This document shows, piece by piece, positions 52,901 through 64,000 of a stretch of 64,000 nt of DNA. The translations under genes and the position numbers were made by a program. This DNA comes from Mobula hypostoma (Eukaryota), in NCBI RefSeq assembly GCF_963921235.1, contig NC_086120.1:19654001-19718000 (forward strand). The letters run 5' to 3'. Position 1 is the first letter of the stretch. Each line of letters begins with the position of its first letter. The notes under the pieces were generated by a model, which saw only the letters and a program-made list of their open reading frames with translations, searched no databases and was not told where the DNA came from.

Positions 52901-54160
52901 GCCAAAAAGTCTAAAATGCATCTCCACAGGCCCCGTTACACCCATGGGAGTGGCCGCTATCACCATGGCAAGGAGTAGATATTGACTTTGCTAGGCCATT
53001 CATGGACTCGTGTTCCGGATTGCTGTGGATGCTCATTCAAAGTGGCCTGAGGTTATACCAATGAAGTCCAGCACCTCAGCAAAGACTGTCTGCACCAAGT
53101 ACTATCTTCACCAGAAATTGCTGACCGGTACAAATTATGAGTGACAGCGGACCACAATACATGTCAGAAGAATTCTGACTGTCCATGAAGAAAAATAGCA
53201 TCAGACATTTCAAGTCAGCTCCTCGTCTCCCAGCAACGAATGTGTTAGCTGAAAGGTTTATCCAAACTTCAAGAAGGTTCATTAAAGTGATGGACACAGA
53301 AGACATTTCTCTACAGCACAAGGTGGACAATTTCCTTTTTTGTGTATTGGAGCTCTGTTTATGTGGTGACAAATCAAACACCTGCATGATTAGGAATATG
53401 AGTTCTTGCGTAGACCTCCCAAAACCAGATCCACGGAGGGAAGTGCAGAATAAACAGTTCGGCCAGCTGCCAAGTGAATCAACAAAGAGCTTCGAGGATG
53501 GACAGGAAGTTCTAGCACGTGATTACCGAATAGGATAGCTGCAAGAATTAGACCACTGATGTACACAGTGGATGCTGGAGATCAGACATGGAGACGTCAT
53601 GTGGACCAGATGCTGGATGCTCAACTGAAGAACATACCCGAGTCAATTGCATCCAACAAGACAGCCCCTCAGTGATGATCATGTCATTGACAGCAACGTG
53701 ACACCAGCCAAGACACTGGCCAAAACTGCTGCCACTCCACAGGCCTAGAGGCACCAAGAGAACGTTGTCGTTGACAAGAAACCTGCCAAACCTGATGTCT
53801 CTCCAAAGGTCCAGAGGCACTATCCTGAAAGAAATCGAGTGCCACCCAAAAGACTGAATCTTTAGAACATTAAAGTTAGCTGTGGACTGTTACTGTGAAT
53901 GCATGTTTATTTGAATATGGTTTGTGAAAGGGAAATTTAATGTTTTCTACATATACAGTTTTATATTACATTAATCTAAAGGGGGAGGAAATGTGATGTA
54001 TGGATCTATTTCATTTAGAGCAATGACTCCCCTTAGCACTACGTATGATCTGTTGTCTATGCATGTCTATTTTCTCTCGTTTTCGTTACTGCACCAGTTA
54101 AAGCCATCTCCCACATGCATGCTTTTATTTTAATTGGTAAGTAGTTGCAAAGACACAACA
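49995..54160 (+). mobile_element. Gypsy/Ty3 LTR retrotransposon (Mag-like), two LTRs, inactivated, in R3HDM4 intron 1
   Basis: LTRs 49995-50177 and 53992-54160; PPT aaagggggaggaa 53978-53990; gag with CCHC-knuckle remnants (~50380-51050); RT YPLP...FSKIDL...YLDD (51566-52186); integrase WWPG/PWEWP/VDAHSKWPEV. Flanks aagat/aagag; many stops and frameshifts. Confidence 0.93.
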
Positions 54161-54164
54161 AAGA

Positions 54165-55030
54165 GATAGTATATTCTTAATGGCAAGACCCTTATCAGTG
54201 TTGATGCACAGAAGAATCTTGGGATCTAAGTCTATGGCTCCCTAGAAGTGACAGCACAGGTAGTTGATAAAGGAGACATATGCATGCTTGCCTTTGTTAG
54301 TTGAGGCATTGATCAAGGGTCAGAAAGTTAAGTTACAACTTTATACAACTCTAGTTGGGCTGCATCTGGAGTATTGCATCCAGTTCTGGTTGCCCCATTA
54401 TAGGGAGGATATCAAGACTTTGGAGAGGATGCAGAAGAGGTTTGCCATGATGTTGCCTAGATTAGAGGGCATCTGCTTTAAGGAAAGGGACAAATTTCTC
54501 TGGAGCAGCAGAGATGAGGGGAGATCTGATAGAGGTTTATAAGATTATGAGAGGCTTAGGTGGAGTAGACAGCCGGTTGCACCTTTCTCCCAGGGTTGAA
54601 ATGTAACCCAGAGGGCATGCTTTTAAGGTGAGAGGATATAAATTCAAAGGAGATGCGCAGGGCAAATTTTTTTTTACACAGTGTGGTAGATGCCTGGAAT
54701 GCGTTGTCTGGGTTGGTGGAGGAGCCAAGTACAATAGAGATGCAAATCATAAACATGAGATTGTGCAGACACTGCAAATGCAGAGCGACACACACGAAAT
54801 ACTGGAGGAATTCAGTAGGTCAGGTAGCATCCATGGAGAGGAATAAATCTTAATTTTGGGATGAAGCAAAGGGGTACAAGTGGCTCTTAGGCACATGAAT
54901 GTGCATGAAATGGTAGGATATGGAAATGGTTTGGGCAGAAGGGATTAGTTTAACTGGACGTTTGATTTCTAATTTAATTAGTAACATTGTGGGTTGAAGG
55001 GCATGTTCCAGTACTGTCCTGTTCTATGCC
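54165..55030 (+). mobile_element. CR1 3' fragment (host of the Gypsy insertion; also contains a PLE-terminus piece at ~54750-54850)
   Basis: HLEYCIQFWLPHY..ERMQKRF; upstream half cactttggaag at ~49968. Confidence 0.85.
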
Positions 55031-55511
55031 AAGTTACTGAACTGTAAAATTACTTCCCTAAGCTTGTCTGCCTTTCTTCCTTTTATCTCATTATCTGAAT
55101 TGATAGCATATTTTGTTTGGCAATGACCCAGTGAAGCAACATAGCTACATTAAGTGTGCTGTCTAAATTCAAGCTCTGTTGTTTAACAAAGACTTAACAT
55201 ACTATCCTTTGTTTTCACTCTGCCTCTCTTATAGCCATGGATCCCTTATGTTGTTTTTCCAGACCTTTTAGCTTGTCCTTTCTTCTTTACAGAACATGAA
55301 CATGCACAGTGGGTGTCTCCTTAAAATTCAGTTGACCTTTTCTTGTGATACATCATTTTGTATTTCTAAATTTCACCTGTCACATCAACCCAACCAATTA
55401 ATGTCCTTTAGAAGAATGGTGCTTTTCTTGTTGGGATCTCTACCTGCAAACTAAAATTATACATTATATAACTCATATCAGCCAGTAATAAATATCAACA
55501 ATTAATTGTCC

Positions 55512-56106
55512 ACCAGAGAAAGCAGGATCTCCCAGTGGCCACACATTTTAATTCCACATCCCATTCCCATTCTGATATGTCTATCCACGGCCTCCTCGAC
55601 TGTAAAGATGAAGCCACACTCAGGTTAGAGGAACAACACCTTATATTCCATCTGGGTAGCCTCCAACCTGATGGCATGAACATCGACTTCTCTAACTTCT
55701 GCTAATGCCCCACCTCCCCCTTGTACCCCATCCGTTATTTATTTATATATACACATTCTTTCTCTCTCTCTCCTTTTTCTCCCTCTGTCCCTCTTACTAT
55801 ACCCATTGCCCATCCTCTGGGTTTTCCCCCCCTCCCCCTTTTCTTTCTCCCTAGGCCTCCTGTCCCATGATCACTCATATCTCTTTTGCCAATCAACTGT
55901 CCAGCTCTTGGCTTCATCCCTCCCCCTCCTGTCTTCTCCTATCATTTTGGATCCCCCCCCTTCCCCCTCCCACTTTCAAATCTCTTACTAGCTCTTCCTT
56001 CAGTTAGTCCTGACGAAGGGTCTCGGCCCGAAACGTCGACTGTACCTCTTCCTAGAGATGCTGCCTGGCCTGCTGCATTCACCAGCAACTTTGATGTGTG
56101 TTGCTG
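55512..56106 (+). mobile_element. Penelope-like element 3' fragment in R3HDM4 intron 1
   Basis: Closely matches 63397-63985; flanked by a 13-bp direct repeat caattaattgtcc (55499-55511, 56107-56119). Confidence 0.9.
56005..56042 (+). ncRNA. Minimal type I hammerhead ribozyme motif (Penelope terminus), intact core
   Basis: tagtc-CTGACGA-a-ggg tctcgg ccc-GAAA-C-GTC-gactg: stem I agtc/gact, conserved CUGANGA and GAAA, stem II, palindromic ACGT stem III, GUC cleavage triplet 56035-56037. Confidence 0.7.
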
Positions 56107-56538
56107 CAATTAATTGTCCCCTTATTTTTGCTCTCTTCAAACTGCATTTCCTGCAACATCACCACTCTATTACACCCATTGCTCTTCTGTACAACCTGAA
56201 ACACTGCAGTCTATTCATTACCTGAGCTTTGTTTAAATATAGAAATTTTCTTTTTTGTCAATAATCAATCCTTCCTTGATAAGTAAGTGTAGAAAGAATT
56301 TCTAGGTATAGGTAAAAATATGGAGATTAGGTTGCAATCAGACCAACTGTAGTTGTATTGATTGGCAATTGGCCTATTCCTGCACCAAATTTTCATATCA
56401 GGCTTATTTAATAACAATGTCTCCTTAATGACCTACGGATTTGTACCTTTTGTAAAAGAGGAAATAACTAGCCTCAGCTCATCCTGTAAGAGAACTTGGT
56501 AAATACTGCAGTATTTGTAATAGGAAGTTGTAAAATAG

Positions 56539-56745
<207 letters not shown>

Positions 56746-56974
56746 TGAATTTTAACCATGCAAAATTTCCACTATGCTTTTTTCTCTCTCTCGGAAGTAA
56801 AGCTGGCTTGAATTGTAGATAATAGAAACAATTTGTTTTACTCAACTTCCCTAAAGGCTTAGTGAGTAAATACACTTCCTATTGTGCAACACAATATAAA
56901 GTTCTATTTCCACAGCTGCTGAACATTCCATATCATTGTGCTATCAATGCGATTGCATTTTGAACTACAGATAT

Positions 56975-58520
56975 ATCTAAATCGCAAGAAAATGTTTGGG
57001 TGAACCCTTTGCAATTACCTGGGTTTCTGCATTAATTACTCATAAAATGTGGTTTGACCTTCATCTAAGTAACAATAATAGAGAAACACAATCTGCCTAA
57101 ACTAGTAACACACAAACAGTTGTACTTTTCATGTTTTTATTAAACACGTTGTTTTAATCATTCACAGTCCAGGCTGGAAAAAGTATGTGAACTCTTGTAT
57201 TTAATAACTGGTGGAACCTCCATTAACAGCAATATCCTCCACCAAACATTTCCTGTTGCTGCTGATTAGACCAGAAGTATTTCAGTTCATCAATATTTCT
57301 GGGATACCTTGCACAAACAGTCCTTTTCAGGTCATGCCACAGCATCTCAATGGGGTTAAGGTCTGAACTCTGACTTGGCCATTCCAAAACAATAATTTTC
57401 TTCTTCTTAAACCATTCTGTTGTTGGGTTACTCTTGTGTTTCAGATCATTGTGTCATCCAGCTTCTATTATGCTTCAGGTGACAGGCACCTAACCCGCCA
57501 TTCTCCTGTAAAATATCTTGATACAATTTTGAATTCATTTTTCACTTGATTGAAAGCTGTCCAAACCCTGAGGCAGCAAAGCAGCCCCAAGCTACAATAC
57601 TGCTTCCACCATGCTTCACAGTTGGAATCAGGTTTCAGTGTTGGTGTGCAGTGCCCCTTTCCTTCCAAGTACAGCGGTGTGCATTTCTGCCAAAAAGTTC
57701 AACTTTTGTCTCATCTGTCCACAGAACATTGTCCCAAAAGTGTTGTGGAACATCCAGGTGGTCTTTTGCAAACTTGAGATGTTCAGCAATGTTTTTTCTT
57801 TGGAGACCAGTGGTTTCTTCTGTGTGTTCTTCCATGAACACCATTATAGTTCAGTGTTTTTCTTATAGTGGGCACAAACTTTAGCAAGTTCTAGAGATTT
57901 CTGCAGGACTTTTGCTGTTACCTTTGGGTTCTTTGTCACCTCCTTTAGCATTGCACTTTGTGCTCTTGGTGTGATCTTTGCAGGACTCCCACTGCTAAGG
58001 AGAGTGGCAACAGTACTGAATTTCCTCCATTTGTAGACAGTTTCTCTTGCTGTGGACTGATGAACACTCAGGTCTTTAGAAATGTTCTTGTAGCCTCTTC
58101 CAGCTTCATGCATCTCTACAATTCTTCTTCTAAGGTCCTCTGAAAGTTGTTTTAATGGAGGCATGGTGCACATAAACATCTTTCTTAAGAAGAGCAGGCT
58201 CTCTCATTAACCTGACTTTGTGTGTGTTTTTCTAAAGGGCAGGGCACCTCGACAATCCACACCTCCAGTCTCATCTCATTGATTGGAGCACCTGATTCCA
58301 AATAAGGCATTACCCCAGAAGCTCACATACTTTTTTGAACTGAGACTGTGATTGTTTAAGTGGTGTACTCAGTATTGACGAGAGGTGCAATTGTTTGCAT
58401 GTTATTAGTTTAGGCAGGTTGTGTTTATCTAGTATGGTGACTTAGATGAAGATTAGACCACATTTTATGAGTAATTAATGCAGAAAACCAGGATTCACAA
58501 ACTTTTTCTTGCAACTTGTA
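56975..58520 (-). mobile_element. Tc1-family DNA transposon with long (~200 bp) inverted repeats; transposase pseudogene
   Basis: MPPLKQLSEDLRRRIVEMHEAGRGYKNISKDL paired-HTH and VLWTDETKVELFG first catalytic Asp; TIRs ~56980-57192 and ~58320-58518; frameshifts and a 3' deletion. Confidence 0.92.
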
Positions 58521-58874
58521 TATTTGGGCAAATAGATCAGTTAAAATGTGTGTAGAAATGATGTGCAGTTGGAATACATTTGCGGTTAAAAAACCAGGCA
58601 GACGCTTCCTTTGAAGGGTTGAATCTGGCCCATTACCGCAATGCACCTCCTGCTGTCTTTCCACAGCCTCAGTTACCACTTAGAGTTCTGTGGCTCCAGT
58701 CAACCAGTCTTGTGAACTGGATGTCACGATTGTGCTGTGAGGTGGAACAGGGAGCGAGCTGTGCCTAGGTATCAAATGGTAGATCATGATTCCTTGTCCT
58801 GGAATGCAATGCAACCTTTTGATAGCTTGATGTTGAGGACCTTTTTAGTTGTTTTTAAATGTCTCCGATAATTA

Positions 58875-59055
58875 GTGACCTTTTGATGTTTTAGGTTCAC
58901 AATAGATCAGCTTTTCTTGGAGAGGTCAAAGGCTGGTGACGTGGGACCATAAAACTATGTTTAAATATTTGAGAAGTGACTTTTTTGGTATTTCAGATTT
59001 AGGATAGATTAAGTATTCTTGGAAAGATCAAAGGCTGGTGATGTGGCACCATAAA
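58875..59055 (+). repeat. Degenerate ~102-bp tandem duplication
   Basis: ...ttcttggagaggtcaaaggctggtgacgtgggaccataaa versus ...ttcttggaaagatcaaaggctggtgatgtggcaccataaa. Confidence 0.7.
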
Positions 59056-59199
59056 GTGAGGTATCTCATTCTGAGACCAAGTCTCCAATCTGAACGGTTA
59101 ATTGTTTTTTCTTTCCACAGATGCTACTCGACTGCCTGAATTCTTCCTACACATTTGTTTCTGTTTCAGATTTTCATACCTACTGTATTATTTGTTTTC

Positions 59200-62100
59200 C
59201 AAAGGTATTTTAAATATCTCTGTGAAAACAGGTTTTCAGGTACTTGGGTAATTGGAACTTTCTCTGGGACGGGGTGACCTGTGCAGAAGGGGCGGGTTGC
59301 ACGTAAACTGTAGGGTAAACGATATTCTGGCCGGGAGGTTCACTGGTGCTACTCGGGAGGGTTAAACCTAGTTTGGCACGGGGTTGGGAACCGGAACACC
59401 AAGTCAGAAGTGAAGGGGTGAACAAGAAGGTAGATGTCAAGGCCAGTAAAAACAGGCTAGAGCAAAGTAATAGATACAATGAGACTGATTAGTTTGAAGT
59501 GTGTGCATTTTAATGCTAGGAGTATTATAGGTAAAGGTGATGAATTTAGAGTATGGATCTGTACATGGAACTATGATGATGTGACCATTGCAGAGACTTG
59601 GCTTAGAGAGGGACAGGAATTGGTGTTTAAAATCCCAGGGTCTTGATGATTTAGAAGAGATAGAGAGGGAGGTGAAAGAGGTGGGGATGTTGCACTATTC
59701 ATCGAGGACAATATCACAGCTGCACTCAGAAGGGATATAATGGAGGGCTCGTTCTCTTAGTGTATATATGGGTAAAACTCAAAAATAAGGAAGTGTGCAA
59801 TCACTCTAATGGGATTCTACTCCTGACCATCTCCCCCCCGAAAAGCCACTGGGACATGGTGGAGCAGATGTGCAGGTAAATTAAGGAAAGGTGTAAAAAC
59901 AATAGGGATGTTGTCATGGTGGACTTCATCTTCCCTAATATAGAACATTGCGATCTCTTCTGGGGAAGATACGACCTGTATAAAAAGAACAGGTTACACC
60001 TGAACCCAAGGAGGACCAATATCCTTGCTGTGGGCAGGTTTGCTAGAGCTGTAGGGGCGGGTTTAACCTACTTTAGCAGGAGGATGGGAACCAGATTGAT
60101 AGGGCTGAGGATAGTGCAGTTGGTATGTAGTGTGTCGTGAGATTGTGAGGAAGGACAGGCTGATAGGGAAAAATTGCAGTCATTGGATGAGTTAAAGTGT
60201 AACAGGAAACCAAAATTGTAAAGGGTGATGAATACAGGACTGAAGATGTTGTGTTTATATGCACACTGTATATAAACGATCAGGTCGATGATCTTGCAGC
60301 GCAGTTAGAGATTGGCAGGTGTGACGTTGTAGGCATTGCTGAGTCATGGCTGAAAGAAGATCTAGGAGCTTAACATCTCAGGATATACGTAGTATGGAAA
60401 GGATAAGCAGATAGTCAGAGGAGGTGGGGTGGCTCTGTTTGTAAAAAATGAATCAAATCCTTAGAAAGAGGTGACATAGGATTGGAAGATGTAGAAATAC
60501 AAGGATACAAAGACCCTGATGGGGTTATATACAGGCCTCTGAACAGTAGCCACGACGTAGCCTACAAATTACAATGGGAGATAAAAAAGGCATGTAAAAA
60601 GGAAAATGTTCTGCTAATCATGGGGAATTTCAATATACAGGTAGATGGGGAAAATCTGGTTGGTGCTGGATCCCAAGAGAGGAAATTTGTAGAATGCCTA
60701 TGAGGTGGCTTTTTAGAGCAGCTTGTGGTTGAGCCCAGAAGGGGAATGGCAATTCTGGAATGGGTGTTATGTAATGACCCAGATTTGATTTAGAAGCTTA
60801 AGGTAAAGGAACCCGAAGGAAGCAGTGATCATAATATGATCAAATTTACCCTTTTATTAAGGATTAGGTTTCAGGATTACTCGGAGGCACGTGACAAAAT
60901 TTGCTAAAGTCGGCTAATTTTCCTTCTAGGGGAAATCTTGCCTGACAAATCTGCTGGAATTCTTTGAGGAAATAACAGGCAGGATAGACAAAGGAGAGTC
61001 AGTGGATGTTGTTAATTTGCATTTTCATAAGGCCTTTGACAAGGTGCGGCACATCAGGCTGCTTAACAAGATATGAACTTGAAAGAAAGATACTAGCATG
61101 GATAGAAGACTGGCAGGAGGCACAGTGTGGGAATAAAGGGAGCCTTTTTTGGTTGGCTGCTGGTGACTAGTGGTGTTCCACAGGCGTCAGCGTTGGGGCT
61201 ACTTATGTGAATGATTTGGATGATGGAAATGATGGCTTTGTGTCCAAGTTTGCAGATGATACGAAGATAGGTGGAGGGGCAGGTAGTGCTGAGAAAACAG
61301 GATATCTGCAGAAGGAACTTAGACAGATTGGGAGAATGGGCAAAGTCATGGCAGATGGAATATAGTGTAGGGGAGTGCATGATCATGCACTTTGTTAGGA
61401 AGAATTAAGGTATGGGCTACCTTCTAAATAGGGAGAAAATTCAAAAATCAGAGGTGCAATGATTCCTTAAAGGTTAACTTGCAGGTTGAGTCAGCAGTAA
61501 GAAAGGCAAATGTAATGTTAGCATTCATTTCAAGAGGACTAGAATACAAAAGCAAGGATGTCCTGCTGAGCCTTGATAAGGCATTGATCAGACCACACTT
61601 GGAGTATTGTGAGCAATTTTGGGCCCCTTATCTAAGAAAAGATATGCTGGCATTGGGACTCAGTCCAGAGGAGGTTCACGAGAATGATCCAGAAATGAAA
61701 TAGTTAACATGAGTAGCATTTGATGGCTCTGGGCCTGTACTTACTGGAGTTTAGAAGAATGAGGGTGGGGGTGGAATCTCATTGAAATCTGTCAAATATT
61801 GAAAGGCTTCGAGAGAGTGGATATGGAGAGGTTGTTTCCTGTAGTGAGGGAGTTGAGGACTAGCGGGCACAGCCTCAGAATAGTGGGGCTTCCATTTAGA
61901 ACAGAGATGAAAAAAAAATTCTTTAACTAGATGCTAGTGAATCTGTGGAACTCATTGCCACAGAAGGCTGTGCAGGCCAAGTTATTGTGTATAACTTAAG
62001 GTGGAGGTTGATAGGTTCTTAATTAATCAATGCTCAAAGGTTACGGGTAGAAGGCAGGAGAATGGGTTTGAGGGGGATAGTAAATTAGCCATTATGGAAT

Positions 62101-62294
62101 GGCACAGAAGACTTGATGGATCAAAAGCCATAATTCTGCTCCTATGTCTTATGGTCTTATAACAGGAACTTTCTGAGTGCAAGAGGCTTAGATGAGACAG
62201 AATTTGTTGGGAGCATCCAGGAAGGTTTCTTAAAACAATATGTAGATAGTCCAACAGGAGGAGGAGCTGTACTGGACCTGGTGCTGAGTAATGA
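59200..62294 (+). mobile_element. Mosaic of CR1 elements including two ORF1 esterase-like C-termini and ORF2 fragments
   Basis: FWGRYDLYKKNRLHLNPRRTNILA.GRFARAV (~59950) and a similar segment at ~59260; endonuclease starts; KFADD at ~61247; CR1 3' end at ~62160. Confidence 0.85.
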
Positions 62295-64000
62295 CACTTC
62301 TTTTGGATTCCAGACCTAACCAGTTCCCCTCTACCACCACTCTCCTCTGTCTAGCGGAATTAGTCCTTACTCTTAATAATTTCTCCTTTGGCTCCTCCCA
62401 CTTCCTCCAAACTAAAGGTGTAGCCATGAGCACCCGTATGGGTCCCAGCTATGCCTGCCTTTTTGTTGGCTTTGTGGAACCATCCATGTTTCAAACCTAT
62501 ACTGGTATCTGCCCCCACTTTTCCTTCGCTACATTGATGACTGCATTGGTGTTGCTTCCTGCATGCATGCAGAGCTCGTTGACTTCATTAATTTTGCCTC
62601 CAACTTTCACCCTGCCCTCAAGTTTACCTGGTCCATTTCCGACACTTCCCTCCCCTTTCTTGATCTTTCTGTCTCTACCTCTGGAGACAGCTTATCTACT
62701 GATGTCTACTATAAGCCTACGGACTCTCACAGCTACCTGGACTATTCCTTTTGCAAAAATGCCATCCCCTTCTCACAATTCCTCCGTCTCTGCCGCATGT
62801 GCTCTCAGGATGAGGCTTTTCATTCCAGGACGAAGGAGATGTCCTTTTTCCTTTTTTAAAGAAAGGGGCTTCCCTTCCTCCACCATCAACTCTGTTCTCA
62901 AACGCATCTCTCCCATTTCACGCACATCTGCTCTCACCCCATCCTCCTGCCACCCCACTAGGAATAGGATTCCCCTTGTCCTCATCTACCACCCCGCCAG
63001 CTTCCGGGTCCAACATATAATTCTCCGTAACTTCCGCCACCTCCAACGGGATCCCACCACCAAGCACATCTTTCCCTCCCCCCCCCCCCACTTTCTGCTT
63101 TCCACAGGGATCGCTCCCTACACGACTCCCTTGTCCATTTGTTCCCCCCATCCCTCCCCATCGATCTCCCTTCTGGCACTTACCCTTGTAAGCGGAATGA
63201 GTGCTACACATGTCCTTACACTTCCTCCCTTACCACCATTCAGGGCCCCAGACAGTCCTTCCAGGTGAGGCGACACTTCACCTGTGTGTCGGCTGGGGTG
63301 ATATACTGCGTCCGGTGCTCCCGATGCGGCCTTCTATAGATTGGCAAGACCCGACGAAGGCTGGGAGACCGTTTCGCTGAACACCTATGCTCTGTCCGCC
63401 AGAGAAAGCAGGATCTTCCAGTGGCCACACATTTTAATTCCACGTCCCATTCCCATTCTGATATATCTATCCACGGCCTCCGCTACTGTCAAGATGAAGC
63501 CACACTCAGGTTGGAGGAACAACACCTCATATTCCATCTGGGTAGCCTCCAACTTGATGGCATGAATATTGACTTCTCTAACTTCCGTTAATGGCCCACC
63601 TCCCCTTCGTACACCATCCCTTATTTATTTATTCCCCCACTCTCCCCCCCTCCCCCCCATCCCTCTCACTATAACTCCTTGCCCATCCTCTGGGCTTCCC
63701 CCCCTTTCTTTCTCCCTAGGCCTCCCGTCCCATGATCCTCTCCCTTCTCCAGCCTTGTATCCCTTTTGCCAATCAACTTTCCAGCTCTTAGCTCCCTCCC
63801 TCCCCCTCCTGTCTTCTCCTATCATTTCAGATCTCCCCCTCCCCCTCCCACTTTCAAATCTCTTACTAGCTCTTCTTTCAGTTAGTCCTGACAAAGTGTC
63901 TTGTCCCGAAACGTCGACTGTACCTCTTCCTAGAGATACTGCCTGGCATGCTGCATTCACCAGCAATTTTTATGTGTGTTGCTCAAATTTCCAGCATCTG
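62295..64000 (+). mobile_element. Penelope-like retroelement (RT + GIY-YIG endonuclease), 5'-truncated, inactivated
   Basis: LTLNNFSF...GVAMSTRMGPSYACLFVG, RYIDDC RT motif (~62528), VIYCVRCSRCGLL*IG GIY-YIG region, frameshifts, pyrimidine-rich 3' region and hammerhead terminus. Interrupts a CR1 fragment at ~62294. Confidence 0.92.
63883..63920 (+). ncRNA. Degenerate hammerhead motif, third copy
   Basis: agtc-CTGACAA-agtgtcttgtccc-GAAAC-GTC-gactg; G8 and stem II mutated, cleavage-side strand intact. Confidence 0.45.

Noticed and set aside
58650-58770. Possible R3HDM4 exon 3 after the acceptor-like tctttccacag
   Set aside because: The required phase gives an immediate stop (TAG) and there is no similarity to the expected TQYLLTLLE segment. 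Exon 3 probably lies beyond the window.
62291-63268. 325-aa ORF as a functional protein
   Set aside because: It is Penelope RT that shifts out of frame before YIDD; the GIY-YIG has a stop codon.

Overview
AT-rich, repeat-dense vertebrate genomic DNA. The repeat repertoire (abundant CR1 LINEs, V-SINE/HE1-like SINEs, Penelope-like elements) points to a cartilaginous fish, probably a ray; this is inference. There are two host genes arranged head-to-head. (1) A complete, intact 5-exon kisspeptin receptor gene (KISS1R, minus strand, CDS 31529->12368, 364 aa). (2) The first two coding exons of R3HDM4 (plus strand, 47553-47608 and 56583-56737), which are absent from the ORF track. The R3HDM4/KISS1R head-to-head order is the same as in human. 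The rest is mostly decayed mobile DNA: many CR1 and Rex/Babar LINE fragments, SINEs, a two-LTR Gypsy element, a Tc1 element, MITEs, a class III (ERV-L/ERV-S-like) endogenous retrovirus 5' end with a tRNA-Ser primer-binding site, and Penelope-like elements. The most notable hidden signals are: minimal hammerhead-ribozyme motifs at Penelope termini, two of them sense within the R3HDM4 pre-mRNA; long target-site duplications centred on AT palindromes; and a 778-bp, roughly 98.5% identical local inverted duplication that looks like a microhomology-templated insertion into a Tc1 remnant.
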